64,000 nt of DNA from Bacillales bacterium UBA6356. Its GTDB lineage: Bacteria; Bacillota_I; Bacilli_A; RFN20; CAG-826. Shown here one piece after another: positions 8,989-18,797 of the stretch (its first letter is position 1; every line of letters begins with the position of its first letter). The translations under genes and the position numbers were made by a program. Where the stretch lies: contig DJRQ01000065.1 of the NCBI GenBank assembly GCA_002440125.1, positions 1,125-65,124 on the forward strand, read 5' to 3'. The notes beneath the pieces were generated by a model, which saw only the letters and a program-made list of their open reading frames with translations, was not told the DNA's origin and ran no database searches.

Positions 8989-9016
8989 AGTTAACATAAT
9001 GGACATTAAGCGAACT
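8989..9016 (-). other. dif: Candidate dif site (XerC/XerD chromosome-dimer resolution site)
   Basis: The minus strand reads AGTTCGCTTAA-TGTCCA-TTATGTTAACT (11-6-11). The right arm is 10/11 identical to the XerD arm of E. coli dif (TTATGTTAAAT) and 10/11 to B. subtilis dif (TTATGTAAACT). The left arm is 8/11 to the E. coli XerC arm (GGTGCGCATAA), and the two arms form an 8/11 inverted repeat. It lies in an AT-rich gap between convergent operons at the gene-polarity switch. Confidence 0.55.
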
Positions 9017-9170
9017 AATCTATTTTAAAGCTTTAGAAGCGGTTAATATAAACAAATTAGTAGTTTAAAATTCAGCTTCTAATTTTCTATTTGCTTTCGC
9101 TGCCGCTTTTGATAACGGCCTCCTTTCCACTAAAAGAGGTCTTTAAGCTTTCTTACTTGCTTATTTCGTC

Positions 9171-9199
9171 AAAAAAAGCGATCGCCTTGACCGCTTTTA
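9171..9199 (-). terminator. Intrinsic terminator downstream of rsfS
   Basis: Minus strand: AAAGCGGUC-AAGGC-GAUCGCUUU (9-bp stem including one G-U) followed by UUUU, about 60 nt after the rsfS stop. Confidence 0.6.
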
Positions 9200-9259
9200 C
9201 TTCTGAGATTCCTTTTGAATCTTTCTTTAAAGGTTTCCAAAGTATCTTTACATATGACG

Positions 9260-9583
9260 TTAATGCTTCTTTGAATCCAAAAGCTCTTCGAGAGAAAGCT
9301 CTTTTCTACGAGCCTCGGAAAGGATATGAAGAACGAAGTCTCCGCCATCGAGAACGATCCATTCGGATTCCTCATTTCCCTCCGGCTTTTTCGTTTCCTG
9401 TCCTTTTTCTTCCAAGAAATCCAAAACGCTTTCGCTAAAGGAATAAGCCGCGCGAGGATTGGGCGCGGTTACAATAATTACATCATCGTAAAACGGGGAA
9501 CGACCTTTCGCGCTTATGACTTTGATGTCTTCCGCTTTCTTTTCTTCTAATAAATGGACAATGCTTTCGGTGATTTTTTCCAT
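9260..9583 (-). CDS. rsfS: Ribosomal silencing factor RsfS (iojap-like)
   Basis: The start is trimmed to MEKITES (RBS AGGAGAA 5 nt upstream); the ORF-track start at 9613 would overlap nadD. Motifs seen: DVIIVTAPNPRAAYS, WIVLDGGDFVLHIL. Synteny: nadD-yqeK-rsfS. Confidence 0.88.
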   Translation of the reverse strand: MEKITESIVHLLEEKKAEDIKVISAKGRSPFYDDVIIVTAPNPRAAYSFSESVLDFLEEKGQETKKPEGNEESEWIVLDGGDFVLHILSEARRKELSLEELLDSKKH

Positions 9584-9585
9584 TC

Positions 9586-10689
9586 CTATTCTCCTGAATA
9601 ATAATCGAAACACTCTTTGCTTAAGGGGTCTTCGATTCGGGTTTTCGTTTTCTTTTCCAAAAACTCTTTGTTTGCTTTGAGGACATTTTTGAATCCTTTT
9701 TCATAATCGTGAAGGCAATCGGCGATTAGATTACTTGAGTCATAGCCTCTGGTGGGTTCGATTTTATCGGCGCTATAGAGGATCATCGCCAATGGGCTCA
9801 TTCTTTTGGAGCCGGTGCAATGGTTTTTGATTGCATCGAATATCTCTTCGTCTTCGATCCCAAAAAGCTCCTTGGCTAGAGTCACGCCGGAATATTGATG
9901 CACGGCATAAGAAGGCAAATTCTTTACATTTAGATTGGGGAAACTCTCCTTCGCTTTCAAGCGGCCTTCGGCGTCAGAAAGATATTTCCCTAAATCGTGG
10001 ATGGCTCCCGCGATATAACCCTTCCCAAAAAGCGAATGCAAATGGTTGGAACGAACGATTTCTTCACAAAGGTGAGCCACGCTAAAAGAATGGACGGTCC
10101 TTCTTGAGCCGATTGTCCCCTCGATTTTTTTAACATAATAAAGTTTATGCTTTTCGATGTAGTTTATGACGGTTTTGGGTGTGTCAATGCTTCTTAGGTT
10201 TCTAATGTCATGGGAAGCGACTTCCCCAGAATCATAAAAATGAAGTCCTCGCATGTTGAACCGCCTGATGTTTTCCTTCTTGAGTTCGAAACCAGGGCGT
10301 GGAGAAAAAAGAATGTGGCAAGTCTTGGAAAGAAGATCTGGGTCTTTCCAACGATCGAAACTATTCACTTCGTCGGCGCCTATTAAAAAGTAAAGATCTT
10401 CTTTTTTATAGATGGATTTGAAATGCTGTACCGTTTTAATGGTATAGCTGATGTCGTCTTTTTCCTTTATCTCATAGTCGCTAATCGAAAAACAAGGGTT
10501 TCCAGCAATGGCCGCCTCCACCATGGCTAGCCGATCGTTTTCGCTTTCCTCGGTTATTTTCCAACGAGGCGCCTTGGCGGGAATGAAAAGAACTTTCGCC
10601 CCAAAAAGCTCGGAGCTGGCTGCATTTGCTATTCTTAAATGTCCGTTGTGAGGAGGATCGAAAGAGCCTCCAAAGAGGATGAGAGCCAT
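9586..10689 (-). CDS. nadD: Fusion protein: nicotinate-nucleotide adenylyltransferase (NadD) plus HD-domain YqeK (Ap4A hydrolase family)
   Basis: Single 367-aa ORF. The N-terminal half has GGSFDPPHNGHLRIA (the HxGH nucleotidyltransferase motif) and ISYTIKTV. The C-terminal half has the HD-domain motifs RTVHSFSVAHL and GAIHDLGKY. There is no stop or linker between the halves. Confidence 0.88.
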   Translation of the reverse strand: MALILFGGSFDPPHNGHLRIANAASSELFGAKVLFIPAKAPRWKITEESENDRLAMVEAAIAGNPCFSISDYEIKEKDDISYTIKTVQHFKSIYKKEDLYFLIGADEVNSFDRWKDPDLLSKTCHILFSPRPGFELKKENIRRFNMRGLHFYDSGEVASHDIRNLRSIDTPKTVINYIEKHKLYYVKKIEGTIGSRRTVHSFSVAHLCEEIVRSNHLHSLFGKGYIAGAIHDLGKYLSDAEGRLKAKESFPNLNVKNLPSYAVHQYSGVTLAKELFGIEDEEIFDAIKNHCTGSKRMSPLAMILYSADKIEPTRGYDSSNLIADCLHDYEKGFKNVLKANKEFLEKKTKTRIEDPLSKECFDYYSGE

Positions 10690-10693
10690 CTTT

Positions 10694-10999
10694 TTATTTG
10701 TTCTTCAAGACGATTCGATCTTTTTTCTCTTTGTTTTCCCGATAAAGGGTCAAGATACGGCCGAGGCGATTCACGGGTTCGCTTCCAGTCTTCATAGCGA
10801 GTTCTTCCAAAAGCGCATCCGGCGTTTTTTCGCTTGTCGGAAGCACTTTGATTTTGATGAGCTCGTGGGCTTTTAAGGCGTTTTCCACCACTTTCAAAAC
10901 GTTCTCGTCGATTTCGCCTTTCCCCAAAGTGATAGTTGCTTTAAGGGGATTGGCTAAGCTTCGTAAATAGGCTCTTTCCTTGGTTTTTAGCATTATCAT
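10694..10999 (-). CDS. yhbY: YhbY/YqeI CRM-domain RNA-binding protein (ribosome assembly)
   Basis: 101 aa containing KERAYLRSLANPLKATITLGKGEIDENV...AHELIKIKVL. Synteny: between yqeH and nadD. Confidence 0.85.
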   Translation of the reverse strand: MIMLKTKERAYLRSLANPLKATITLGKGEIDENVLKVVENALKAHELIKIKVLPTSEKTPDALLEELAMKTGSEPVNRLGRILTLYRENKEKKDRIVLKNK

Positions 11000-12159
11000 T
11001 TCCTCTTTTTCGTTATCTTTGGCGCGGATGTGTAAGCGCCGATTCCCTTAGGCAAATAAAGACGGTATCTCTCTTTGGGAAGACCATGAAGGCTTATCCA
11101 GCCAAAACCGGCGATTCCGAAATCCCTATCTTCTTCTTTTTCGAAGGCGAAATCGAATGCGTCAAAGTCTTTGCTTGTTTTTAAGTTCGAAAGGCGTGGC
11201 TTTAGCGCTTTCTTTTCCAAATATTTGTCGAAGAGCGAGACCATGTCCTTTTTCGGCGTTATGCGCTTGATTTCGGTTTTCATGGAGAAATAGCATGTTA
11301 TAGGTATAGCCTTGCGTTTGCTTTCCAAAACATCGAAATGGGCCAATAGCCCAAAGAAAAGACTTCCTTTGTTTTGCAAAGCAAAGGTAAGGGGAGAGAC
11401 TGTTTCCCCCTCTTTCACGATGAGCTCTTTTGGCGTATCGGAATGTCCGAATAAGCTGTTATCGATGTTGAATCCTTCAGTGTCATAAAGATAAGAATCT
11501 TTGTCTAAGGGGATACGAAGGACGGGAGAAAGGGTATCGAAGTAATTTCCGCCGGCAATCGTCTTTCCCGTGTCGTTCTTATAGGTCGACAAAAAGGTGC
11601 TTATAAGGAGTGTTTTTCCGCTTTTGGAGGCGCCAATAAGATAAATATCGCGCCCCTTCCTCTCCTCTTTTATTTTCTTTCGGACGGGTTCGAGGTCAAA
11701 TCCTCGATAGACGGAAGTAAGATAGACTTCCTTGGAAGTGACGTTTTGAAAGCCAGCTCTTTTGAAATGAAGTGCTACGTATTCGCCTAATTTTTCGTCA
11801 TCGATATCCTTGGGAAGGAGGTCGCGCTTGTTGGCAAGGATGAGAATAGGCACATCTTTTAGCAAAGAAGAAACCTCTTTCACGAAGGAAGATTCGAAAG
11901 AAAACAAGTCAATCATATAAACGAAGAGAGCGGGTTTTCCTTTGGCGATGGAAAGCATTTTCAAAAAGGATTCCGAAACGCTGTTCTCTTTGGGTGCGTC
12001 GTTCCACCTCGTTTCTTGGAAGCAGGTCGAACAAAGGAGAGGGTGCCCTCCTTCCAAAAGCTTTGTCTCTTTGGAGATATACCCTTCCGCCGCAGCATCT
12101 GTTTCTTGTAAAGCGGCTCCACACCGGTAGCACCGCTCCACCTTTTTCATTTCTTCCAT
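10996..12159 (-). CDS. yqeH: Ribosome-biogenesis GTPase YqeH (circularly permuted GTPase with N-terminal zinc ribbon)
   Basis: 387 aa. The N-terminus has CYRCGA...CSTCF. The G4 motif NKRDLL precedes the G1-like GASKSGKT, which is the permuted order. Synteny: after yqeG. Confidence 0.8.
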   Translation of the reverse strand: MEEMKKVERCYRCGAALQETDAAAEGYISKETKLLEGGHPLLCSTCFQETRWNDAPKENSVSESFLKMLSIAKGKPALFVYMIDLFSFESSFVKEVSSLLKDVPILILANKRDLLPKDIDDEKLGEYVALHFKRAGFQNVTSKEVYLTSVYRGFDLEPVRKKIKEERKGRDIYLIGASKSGKTLLISTFLSTYKNDTGKTIAGGNYFDTLSPVLRIPLDKDSYLYDTEGFNIDNSLFGHSDTPKELIVKEGETVSPLTFALQNKGSLFFGLLAHFDVLESKRKAIPITCYFSMKTEIKRITPKKDMVSLFDKYLEKKALKPRLSNLKTSKDFDAFDFAFEKEEDRDFGIAGFGWISLHGLPKERYRLYLPKGIGAYTSAPKITKKRK

Positions 12160-12692
12160 GTTTCCCCCTCCTTATTCAATAAGGTATTGTACGGAAGGCG
12201 TTCGATTTCTCTTCTTCTTTTCTTTTCGAATAGCCTATTAAAACGGGTGAAGAACGGTTCTTTTCCCGTTATTTTATCGCTTAATATGAAATAGATATGA
12301 GCGCCCTTTGCCGCCTTAAAATCGGTCATCAATTGGTCTCCGATAAGAGCTACTTCTCCCTTTTTCCAACCTTCTTCCTTTAGAATCTTTTTTAATTTAA
12401 AAGAAAAAGGCTTCATGAGCATTGGGTAAAAAGGAACGCCGAGCTTTTTGGCGAAATTCTGCACCCTTTTCCCTTGCCCATTGGAGGCGATGGCGATTTG
12501 AAAGCCGTTTCGCTGGCATTCGTCTTTTAAGGCTTTTGCCTTGTCTTTGACGTCCTCGAAAGTATCATAAAAGGAGGCCAAGGTGTTATCCATGTCAAAA
12601 AGCAAGACTTTGATGCCCTTCTCCTTTAAAAGAGAATAAGGCAAGTCATAAGCGCTTTGGACTCGGATATCGGGTAAAGAAATCCTCATCAA
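12147..12692 (-). CDS. yqeG: HAD-superfamily phosphatase YqeG
   Basis: 181 aa with the catalytic LLFDMDNTL and later GDQLMTD. ATGA overlap with the parC stop. Confidence 0.8.
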   Translation of the reverse strand: MMRISLPDIRVQSAYDLPYSLLKEKGIKVLLFDMDNTLASFYDTFEDVKDKAKALKDECQRNGFQIAIASNGQGKRVQNFAKKLGVPFYPMLMKPFSFKLKKILKEEGWKKGEVALIGDQLMTDFKAAKGAHIYFILSDKITGKEPFFTRFNRLFEKKRRREIERLPYNTLLNKEGETWKK

Positions 12693-15307
12693 TCGTCATC
12701 TCCATTATTTTCAAGAAGGTCGTCGAAAAGGCTAATCTGTTCAAAATCGCCTTTCGGGTTTTCGCCGTTTTCGGAAGCGTCAAGATCGCTTTCGGCGTTT
12801 TCTTCTTCCCGAATCGGATGGGATTTAATAGTGTCGTCTACCACGAGCGAATCGCTTCTCGAGAAAGAGACGATTCGTGATTTAGAAGAGAAGCTATCGC
12901 CTGTTTTGGCATAGCTTTCTAGCGGCGTCGCATTGAAATCCTGCCACGTGACATCCGTCCTTTGGCCATTGTTAAGAACGACATCCACGCTGAAGGGAGC
13001 TTGTTTGTTGTCGGTTTTTAGAATGTCGATAAGGCGGTTCGGATCTTTTTTGAAAACGTTATAGAGGACGGTCGCTTTGTCGAGACGATGCCCCAAAGGA
13101 ATGTTTTTGAGGATGTAAACGCGTGCGACCCCCCGATCGGTAAGAAGCAGGATTTTGCTATTCGGATTCGCCTCTGGATCGAAGGACAGAAGACCGCAAA
13201 GCTCTTTTCCATGGAAGGAACCGGCTTTTAGGCCGCCACTCCTAGGATTGGAAATCCAAATGTCATTCTCGTTATAGAAGCAAGCCTTGCCGTCACTCGA
13301 GGCGATGAATAAGTTGCTATCGCCACTCGATAGGGCGACATCCACCAAAACGTCTTCCTTCCCGAGTCGTAAGGCGCTAATCGGACGGGAACGACGGACG
13401 ACTGGGAAGCTATCGAGCCGGATCCTTTTGATAACGCCGTTCTTGGTTAAGAGAATAACGTAAAGATCGTTTCTGAAGTGACGGACGACGAAGCCGCCGA
13501 CAAGCTTTTCGTTGGCATCGATGGCCACAAGCATGTTGACATGGAAGCCTTCGTCGTTCCACTTCGTCTCCTTGATTTCGTTGACTGGGATATAGAGATA
13601 GTTTCCTTTGTTTGTGAAGAAGAGGGCGAAATCGGTGGTTTCACATTCCCCTTCGAATATGAAAGCGTCGCCGTTTTTGATGCCAGGCTTTGCCCCATTT
13701 TGGCCACCAGACCCCTTCCAACTCTTTAAGGAGCTTCGCTTAATGTAGCCATCGCGCGTGGCGACAAGGCGACATGTTTCTTTGGCGATGAGATCGCGCT
13801 TATCAAGCACAACCTCCCCTTCCTCTTCGCGAACTTCCGTTTTCCTCTCGTCGCCGTACTTTTTGACGATGGTCTTAAGGTCGCTTATAATCAGTGCTTC
13901 CCGCTTCTTTTGATCGTTAAGGAGTTCGGAAAGCTCTTGCATTTGCGTTTCAAGAGAAGCCTTTTCGTTTTCTAAGACGGTGATATCGGTATGGGAGAGT
14001 TTATAAAGAGGCATCATCAAAATCGCTTCCGCTTGCCGATCGCTGAAAGAGAAACGCGAAATGAGGTTCTTCTTGGCGTCTGCTTTATCTAGGGATGCGC
14101 GTATGGTTTTAACGACTTCGTCGAGAATCGAAATGGCTTTGATAAGGCCATCGACGATCTCAAGGCGAGTGGCGCATTTATCGTAAAGATAATGGCTGCG
14201 GCGAGTGATCACTTCGAGCTGATGCTGTATGTAGCAATCGCAATAAGACAAGAGGTCAAGGGTTTTGGGGCGATCGTCGACAATCGCCATCATATGGGCC
14301 GTGTAATTCGTTCGGAGTTGCGTTTTGGCCATCAAATAGGCAAGGATGGCTTCGGGCTTGGCGTCATCTTTCAAATCGATGGCGATCCTTAAACCTGTTT
14401 TATCGGTTTCGTCGCGAACCTCTTCGATTCCCGGGATGGTCTTATCGTGACGGATTTTGTCGATGCTTTTCACCAAGAGGGATTTGTTGATTTGATAAGG
14501 GATCTCGCTCACGATGATTTGCTTTTCGCCTTTTTCGGAAACAACAATCTCCGCTTTCGAGGAGATGACGACTTTCCCTCGCCCCGTTCGATAGATGTCT
14601 TTCAACGATTCGGATTCGAAAATGATGCCACCAGTTGGAAAATCAGGACCTGGCACCAGTTCCAAAAGAGGCTCAAGCGCGCAATTCGGGTGTTTAATTC
14701 GATAAATGATGGCATTGGTGATTTCGCCGAGGTTATGGGGTGGAATAGAAGTCGCAATACCGACGGCGATGCCTTCGCTTCCGTTGCAAAAGAGATTGGG
14801 GAAGCGACTTGGCAAGACGGAAGGTTCGAACTGGGCGTCGTCGAAAGTCAATTCCATCTCGACCGTGTCTTTATCGATATCGGCCACAAGCTCATTGGCC
14901 AATGCGCTTAAGCGAGCTTCTGTATAACGGAAAGCCGCGGCGCTATCGCCGTCGATGGAGCCATTATTCCCTTGGAAGTCCACCAAGGGGTAGCGGTAAG
15001 CCCAAGGCTGCGACATATGGACGAGCGCTTCGTAGATGGAGGAGTCGCCATGCGGGTGATATTTGCCCATGACGTCCCCAACGATGTGGGCGCATTTTTT
15101 GGTGGGCTTATCGATTGTATTGCCCGTCTTCCACATATCGTAAATGATGCGGCGCTGGACTGGCTTTAAACCATCGCGGGCATCTGGAATCGCACGATCT
15201 TGAATGACGTCTTTGGCGTAGATGGCGTATTTTTCGCCCATTAAATCGTCAAGGGCACCTTTGACGATGTTTTCGACGATTGTTTCTTCCTCTTTCTTTC
15301 TCTTCAT
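12689..15307 (-). CDS. parC: DNA topoisomerase IV subunit A
   Basis: 872 aa. The ParC-type signatures [15 protein letters not shown] and GNNGS are present, where GyrA has KPVHRR and GNFGS. No GyrA-box is visible in the C-terminal domain. Synteny: plsY / parE-parC as in Bacillus and Staphylococcus. Confidence 0.85.
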   Translation of the reverse strand: MKRKKEEETIVENIVKGALDDLMGEKYAIYAKDVIQDRAIPDARDGLKPVQRRIIYDMWKTGNTIDKPTKKCAHIVGDVMGKYHPHGDSSIYEALVHMSQPWAYRYPLVDFQGNNGSIDGDSAAAFRYTEARLSALANELVADIDKDTVEMELTFDDAQFEPSVLPSRFPNLFCNGSEGIAVGIATSIPPHNLGEITNAIIYRIKHPNCALEPLLELVPGPDFPTGGIIFESESLKDIYRTGRGKVVISSKAEIVVSEKGEKQIIVSEIPYQINKSLLVKSIDKIRHDKTIPGIEEVRDETDKTGLRIAIDLKDDAKPEAILAYLMAKTQLRTNYTAHMMAIVDDRPKTLDLLSYCDCYIQHQLEVITRRSHYLYDKCATRLEIVDGLIKAISILDEVVKTIRASLDKADAKKNLISRFSFSDRQAEAILMMPLYKLSHTDITVLENEKASLETQMQELSELLNDQKKREALIISDLKTIVKKYGDERKTEVREEEGEVVLDKRDLIAKETCRLVATRDGYIKRSSLKSWKGSGGQNGAKPGIKNGDAFIFEGECETTDFALFFTNKGNYLYIPVNEIKETKWNDEGFHVNMLVAIDANEKLVGGFVVRHFRNDLYVILLTKNGVIKRIRLDSFPVVRRSRPISALRLGKEDVLVDVALSSGDSNLFIASSDGKACFYNENDIWISNPRSGGLKAGSFHGKELCGLLSFDPEANPNSKILLLTDRGVARVYILKNIPLGHRLDKATVLYNVFKKDPNRLIDILKTDNKQAPFSVDVVLNNGQRTDVTWQDFNATPLESYAKTGDSFSSKSRIVSFSRSDSLVVDDTIKSHPIREEENAESDLDASENGENPKGDFEQISLFDDLLENNGDDD

Positions 15308-15309
15308 AG

Positions 15310-17268
15310 TTATTTCCCGATTTTGACTTCGTTGACGAAAGTGTCTTCGTTATTGAAAGTGACGTTCTCTTTGATCCAATTCCAACGGAGGACGCTGTCT
15401 TTTCCCATGAGGGTTCCAATGCGTTTCTCCACCAAAAGGGGATCTTCAATCGAAACCCTTGTGAGAATTCGCGTTTGCTTGTTCATTGTGGTGTCGCTTA
15501 ACTGACTGGCATTCATCTCGCCAAGACCTTTGTAGCGGTTAATGCCATAGCCTGGGCCGATTTTTTCTTTGGCCTTCTCGAGTTCTTCGTCACTCCAACA
15601 ATAGATATGCTTGGAAGTGTCGCTCTTCTTATAGACGCGATAAAGGGGAGGTTGAGCGATGTAGACCATCCCTTTTTCGATAAGCGGCTTCATATAGTTA
15701 TAGAAGAAAGTCAAAAGGAGCGTTTGAATATGGGCGCCATCGGTATCGGCATCGGTCATGATGATGATTTTGCCATAATGGCTTTCTTCGGGATCGAAAT
15801 CTTGTCCGACGCCGGCGCCGATTGTTTGGATGAGCGTGCTAAATTCCACGTTTTCAACGATGCGTTCCATCGAAACGCTATCGGTATTGAGCGGTTTTCC
15901 TCTTAAAGGCAAAATGGCTTGATGGAGGCGATCGCGTCCCGCTTTGGCGCTTCCGCCCGCGGAATCCCCTTCAACAATGAATAACTCGTTGTTTTTGTAA
16001 TCCTTCGACTGCGCGCTGGCAAGCTTGTCGCTAATGATAAGGTCGTTGGTCTTTTTCTTGACGCCGCGAGCCGCTTCACGGGCTTTTCTGGCCGCTTCTC
16101 GCGCTTCTTTCGAAGCCATGCATTTTTTTACCAAGTCCACGGCAAAGGCTTTGTGCTCGCTTAAGTAGTAGCTGAGGTTTCGGGAAACGATATCCATGAC
16201 GACAGGACTTGCTTCAGGCGTGCCAAGCTTCCCTTTGGTTTGCCCTTCGTATTCGAGCTTGCTTTCCGGGACTTTTACCGAAATGATGGCGGTTAGCCCT
16301 TCGCGAATATCAGCGCCGTCAATCGATTGATTGCCCCGAATGACTTCGTTGGTGACGGCCCATTCGTTGATGGCTTTCGTGAGGGCGGTTTTGAATCCGC
16401 TTTCGTGGGTTCCCCCATCGGCCGTGCGCACGTCGTTGGCATAGGAAAAGATATTCTCGTTATAGTCTTGCAAACACCAGCACATCGCCACTTCAAGCTT
16501 AATGCCCGAGGGGCTCGAGGAATCGTTAAAATCGATAATTTCGCCAAGGCGAGTTTTATTTTGCGTAATGGATTGGACATACTCATAGAGTCCACGCTCG
16601 GTATAAAAGTCATGGCTATTGCCAGTCGCTTGATCTTTCAAGATGAAATGAACGCCTTTTAAAAGGTAGCTCTTCTCTTCGAGGCGGTTATAGATGGTGT
16701 CCCAGCTGAACTTGGTGTTCGGGAAGATTTTGGGATCGGGCTTAAAATGGACGGTCGTGCCATGTTTAGAAGTCTGGCCGATCACGTGAAGGGGCGTTTC
16801 GAGTTCGCCACCATTATGGAAGCGAATTTGGTAAATCTGCCCTTGTCGGCAAATCGTCACTTCGACCCATTCGCTCAAAGCGTTGGTGACGGTTGCGCCA
16901 ACGCCATGAAGGCCGGCAGCCGTTTGATAGACTTTGGAATTGAATTTGCCACCGCTATGAAGGGTGGTGAAGATCAGCTGAACAGCGGGGATTTTCGCTT
17001 CAGGGTGGATGTCTACGGGAATGCCTCTGCCTTCGTCTTCCACTTGGATAGAGCCGTCTTTCATCATGGTCACGGTGATTTTCTTGCCAAAGCCATTGAC
17101 GGCTTCGTCGACGGCGTTATCCACGATTTCCCAAACCAAATGGTGAAGACCGTTGAGGTTGGTGGAGCCGATATACATGCCAGGGCGTTTCCGCACCCCT
17201 TCCATTTCGCTTAAAATCTCGATTTGACTAGCCGAGTATCTATTTTCTTCGCTGAGTAGTTCGTCCAT
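15310..17268 (-). CDS. parE: DNA topoisomerase IV subunit B
   Basis: 652 aa. Motifs seen: [27 protein letters not shown], and the TOPRIM motif [24 protein letters not shown]. It is called parE rather than gyrB because of its adjacency to parC and plsY. Confidence 0.8.
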   Translation of the reverse strand: MDELLSEENRYSASQIEILSEMEGVRKRPGMYIGSTNLNGLHHLVWEIVDNAVDEAVNGFGKKITVTMMKDGSIQVEDEGRGIPVDIHPEAKIPAVQLIFTTLHSGGKFNSKVYQTAAGLHGVGATVTNALSEWVEVTICRQGQIYQIRFHNGGELETPLHVIGQTSKHGTTVHFKPDPKIFPNTKFSWDTIYNRLEEKSYLLKGVHFILKDQATGNSHDFYTERGLYEYVQSITQNKTRLGEIIDFNDSSSPSGIKLEVAMCWCLQDYNENIFSYANDVRTADGGTHESGFKTALTKAINEWAVTNEVIRGNQSIDGADIREGLTAIISVKVPESKLEYEGQTKGKLGTPEASPVVMDIVSRNLSYYLSEHKAFAVDLVKKCMASKEAREAARKAREAARGVKKKTNDLIISDKLASAQSKDYKNNELFIVEGDSAGGSAKAGRDRLHQAILPLRGKPLNTDSVSMERIVENVEFSTLIQTIGAGVGQDFDPEESHYGKIIIMTDADTDGAHIQTLLLTFFYNYMKPLIEKGMVYIAQPPLYRVYKKSDTSKHIYCWSDEELEKAKEKIGPGYGINRYKGLGEMNASQLSDTTMNKQTRILTRVSIEDPLLVEKRIGTLMGKDSVLRWNWIKENVTFNNEDTFVNEVKIGK

Positions 17269-17363
17269 TGCTCTATCTATCCACTTTCGAACGAAAGTAT
17301 AGCAAAAAACATTTCAAAAATGTAGGGCTATTATAGATAATAGGGCGTCCCAGGAGGAATGTT

Positions 17364-18101
17364 ATGAATCCGGTTTTGTTCAATACGCTTTTGACGCTTG
17401 GAATCTTTGCTTTTTCTTATTTTTTCGGCGCTATTCCGACTGCCGTCATCATTGGGAAAGTCTTTTATAAGAAAAATCCACTAGATTACGGCTCCCATAA
17501 TGCAGGTGGCACGAACGCCGGAAGAGTTCTTGGGAAGAAGGCGGGCGTTGTTGTCATTACGCTCGACATTTTGAAAACGGCGACCGTTTTTTGGACGGTA
17601 TTCGCCCTTCTTAGCTTTAGCCCCCTCCAAAAAGTCGCCTCTTTTTGGGATGGGGGGCAAATCTTTCTTTGGGGGTCTCTTGTGTTCGCAAGCCTTGGCC
17701 ATTGCTTCTCTCCCTATCTCAAAGGGAAGGGAGGAAAGGCGGTCGCTTGCTTTTATGGAAGCGTTGGCGGCACTAGTCCGATTCTCTTTCCCCTTTGCTT
17801 CCTTATTTTCTTTCTTTGCTTCAAAGGGACGAAAAAAGTGATGAGCAAGGCTTCGATTCTGACGGGCGCCATTCTCACTCTTCTGAGTTGGGTTCTCTCA
17901 ATCATCGCTCTTTGCTTAGGCTCAGGCTTCGATTCGAGCATCTTCTCTTGGACGTTTGGGCTTGGGGGAGGGCTTCGTTTTGGTTTGGAAAGCGGCATTG
18001 CCATAACGCTTGTCTATCTGATCCTCGTTTACCGCCACAGAGACAACATCAGAAGGATAAAGAAAGGAGAGGAAAAGCCTCTCCAATGGAAAAGTAGATA
18101 A
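17364..18101 (+). CDS. plsY: Glycerol-3-phosphate acyltransferase PlsY (acyl-phosphate dependent)
   Basis: 245-aa polytopic protein. Motif seen: GSHNAGGTNAGRVLGKKAG..VITLDILK. RBS AGGAGG lies upstream. Confidence 0.9.
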   Translation: MNPVLFNTLLTLGIFAFSYFFGAIPTAVIIGKVFYKKNPLDYGSHNAGGTNAGRVLGKKAGVVVITLDILKTATVFWTVFALLSFSPLQKVASFWDGGQIFLWGSLVFASLGHCFSPYLKGKGGKAVACFYGSVGGTSPILFPLCFLIFFLCFKGTKKVMSKASILTGAILTLLSWVLSIIALCLGSGFDSSIFSWTFGLGGGLRFGLESGIAITLVYLILVYRHRDNIRRIKKGEEKPLQWKSR

Positions 18102-18524
18102 TTAGTAGATATTTAGCTAATGCAAAATACCTGTGGAAAACTTGTTATAGCTCATCAAATTCTTATATTAGTGCGATTGTAGGCTTGTTTTTGATTGACA
18201 ATTTTTAAAATTATAGCCTCTTTCGCTAAAATAAATAGTTGTTTTGCTTTTATTGAAAAACAGCCCTCTAAACCACTGCTTCAGCATCATAAAAAACCAA
18301 TCGGGAAGAAGCTATGAAAACAAAGGAAAAACCAACCTTATTTTCGCTTAATTGATGGCGCCTTAGGTTCTTGGTTCACCGATGTTTTTTATTGCCTTTT
18401 CCCTTTCTCCAACAAAGTCTTGCATCGATTTGGACTCTTTGGGAATCTATCTTCTTCTTGAAGGTCCTCCTCTTTATACCTAGGCAACAGCGTTGCTTAT
18501 TGCTTTCTTTATCTAAACCGTAAC

Positions 18525-18552
18525 AAAAAAGCGCACCCATTCCGGATGCGCT
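18525..18552 (-). terminator. Intrinsic terminator of yneF
   Basis: Minus strand: AGCGCAUCC-GGAAU-GGGUGCGCU (9-bp stem) followed by UUUUUUG, 19 nt after the yneF stop. Confidence 0.8.
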
Positions 18553-18570
18553 TCCTTTCGCTTCGAATTT

Positions 18571-18786
18571 TTAGTCGCCTTGTTTCATTTTGTTCATGAC
18601 GGCGCGAATTTGCGCTTCGCTTGGTTTTCTTCCCATTTGCATGAACATTGCTCGGATTGCGGCTTCGCTAATCGGCGGGTTCTTTTTCATTTCGCGTTTG
18701 ATGAGGGCCCTCGCTCCGAAGAAGCCTGCTATCGCGCCAGCTAATAGTGCCAAAACGACATAAAGAATGACTTGCCAAACTTCCAT
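18571..18786 (-). CDS. yneF: UPF0154 small membrane protein YneF
   Basis: 71 aa. It has an N-terminal TM helix (ILYVVLALLAGAIAGFF) followed by ISEAAIRAMFMQMGRKPSEAQIRAVMNKM, the hallmark of the family. Confidence 0.85.
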   Translation of the reverse strand: MEVWQVILYVVLALLAGAIAGFFGARALIKREMKKNPPISEAAIRAMFMQMGRKPSEAQIRAVMNKMKQGD

Positions 18787-18797
18787 GGTAATTGATG

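Noticed and set aside
9091-9438. 115-aa plus-strand ORF starting in the gap and running antisense through rsfS
   Set aside because: It crosses the rsfS terminator and the rsfS coding region. It has no RBS, and its sequence is low-complexity (SFPLK...FLPRNPKRFR).
14447-17214. 154-155-aa plus-strand ORFs inside parC and parE
   Set aside because: They are antisense to strongly supported topoisomerase IV genes and show typical shadow-ORF composition.
18301-18313. CGGGAAGAAGC, which resembles the SRP RNA helix-8 GGAA tetraloop region
   Set aside because: The conserved partner strand (AGCAGCC, or AGGUCAGG) and a closing helix are not present.
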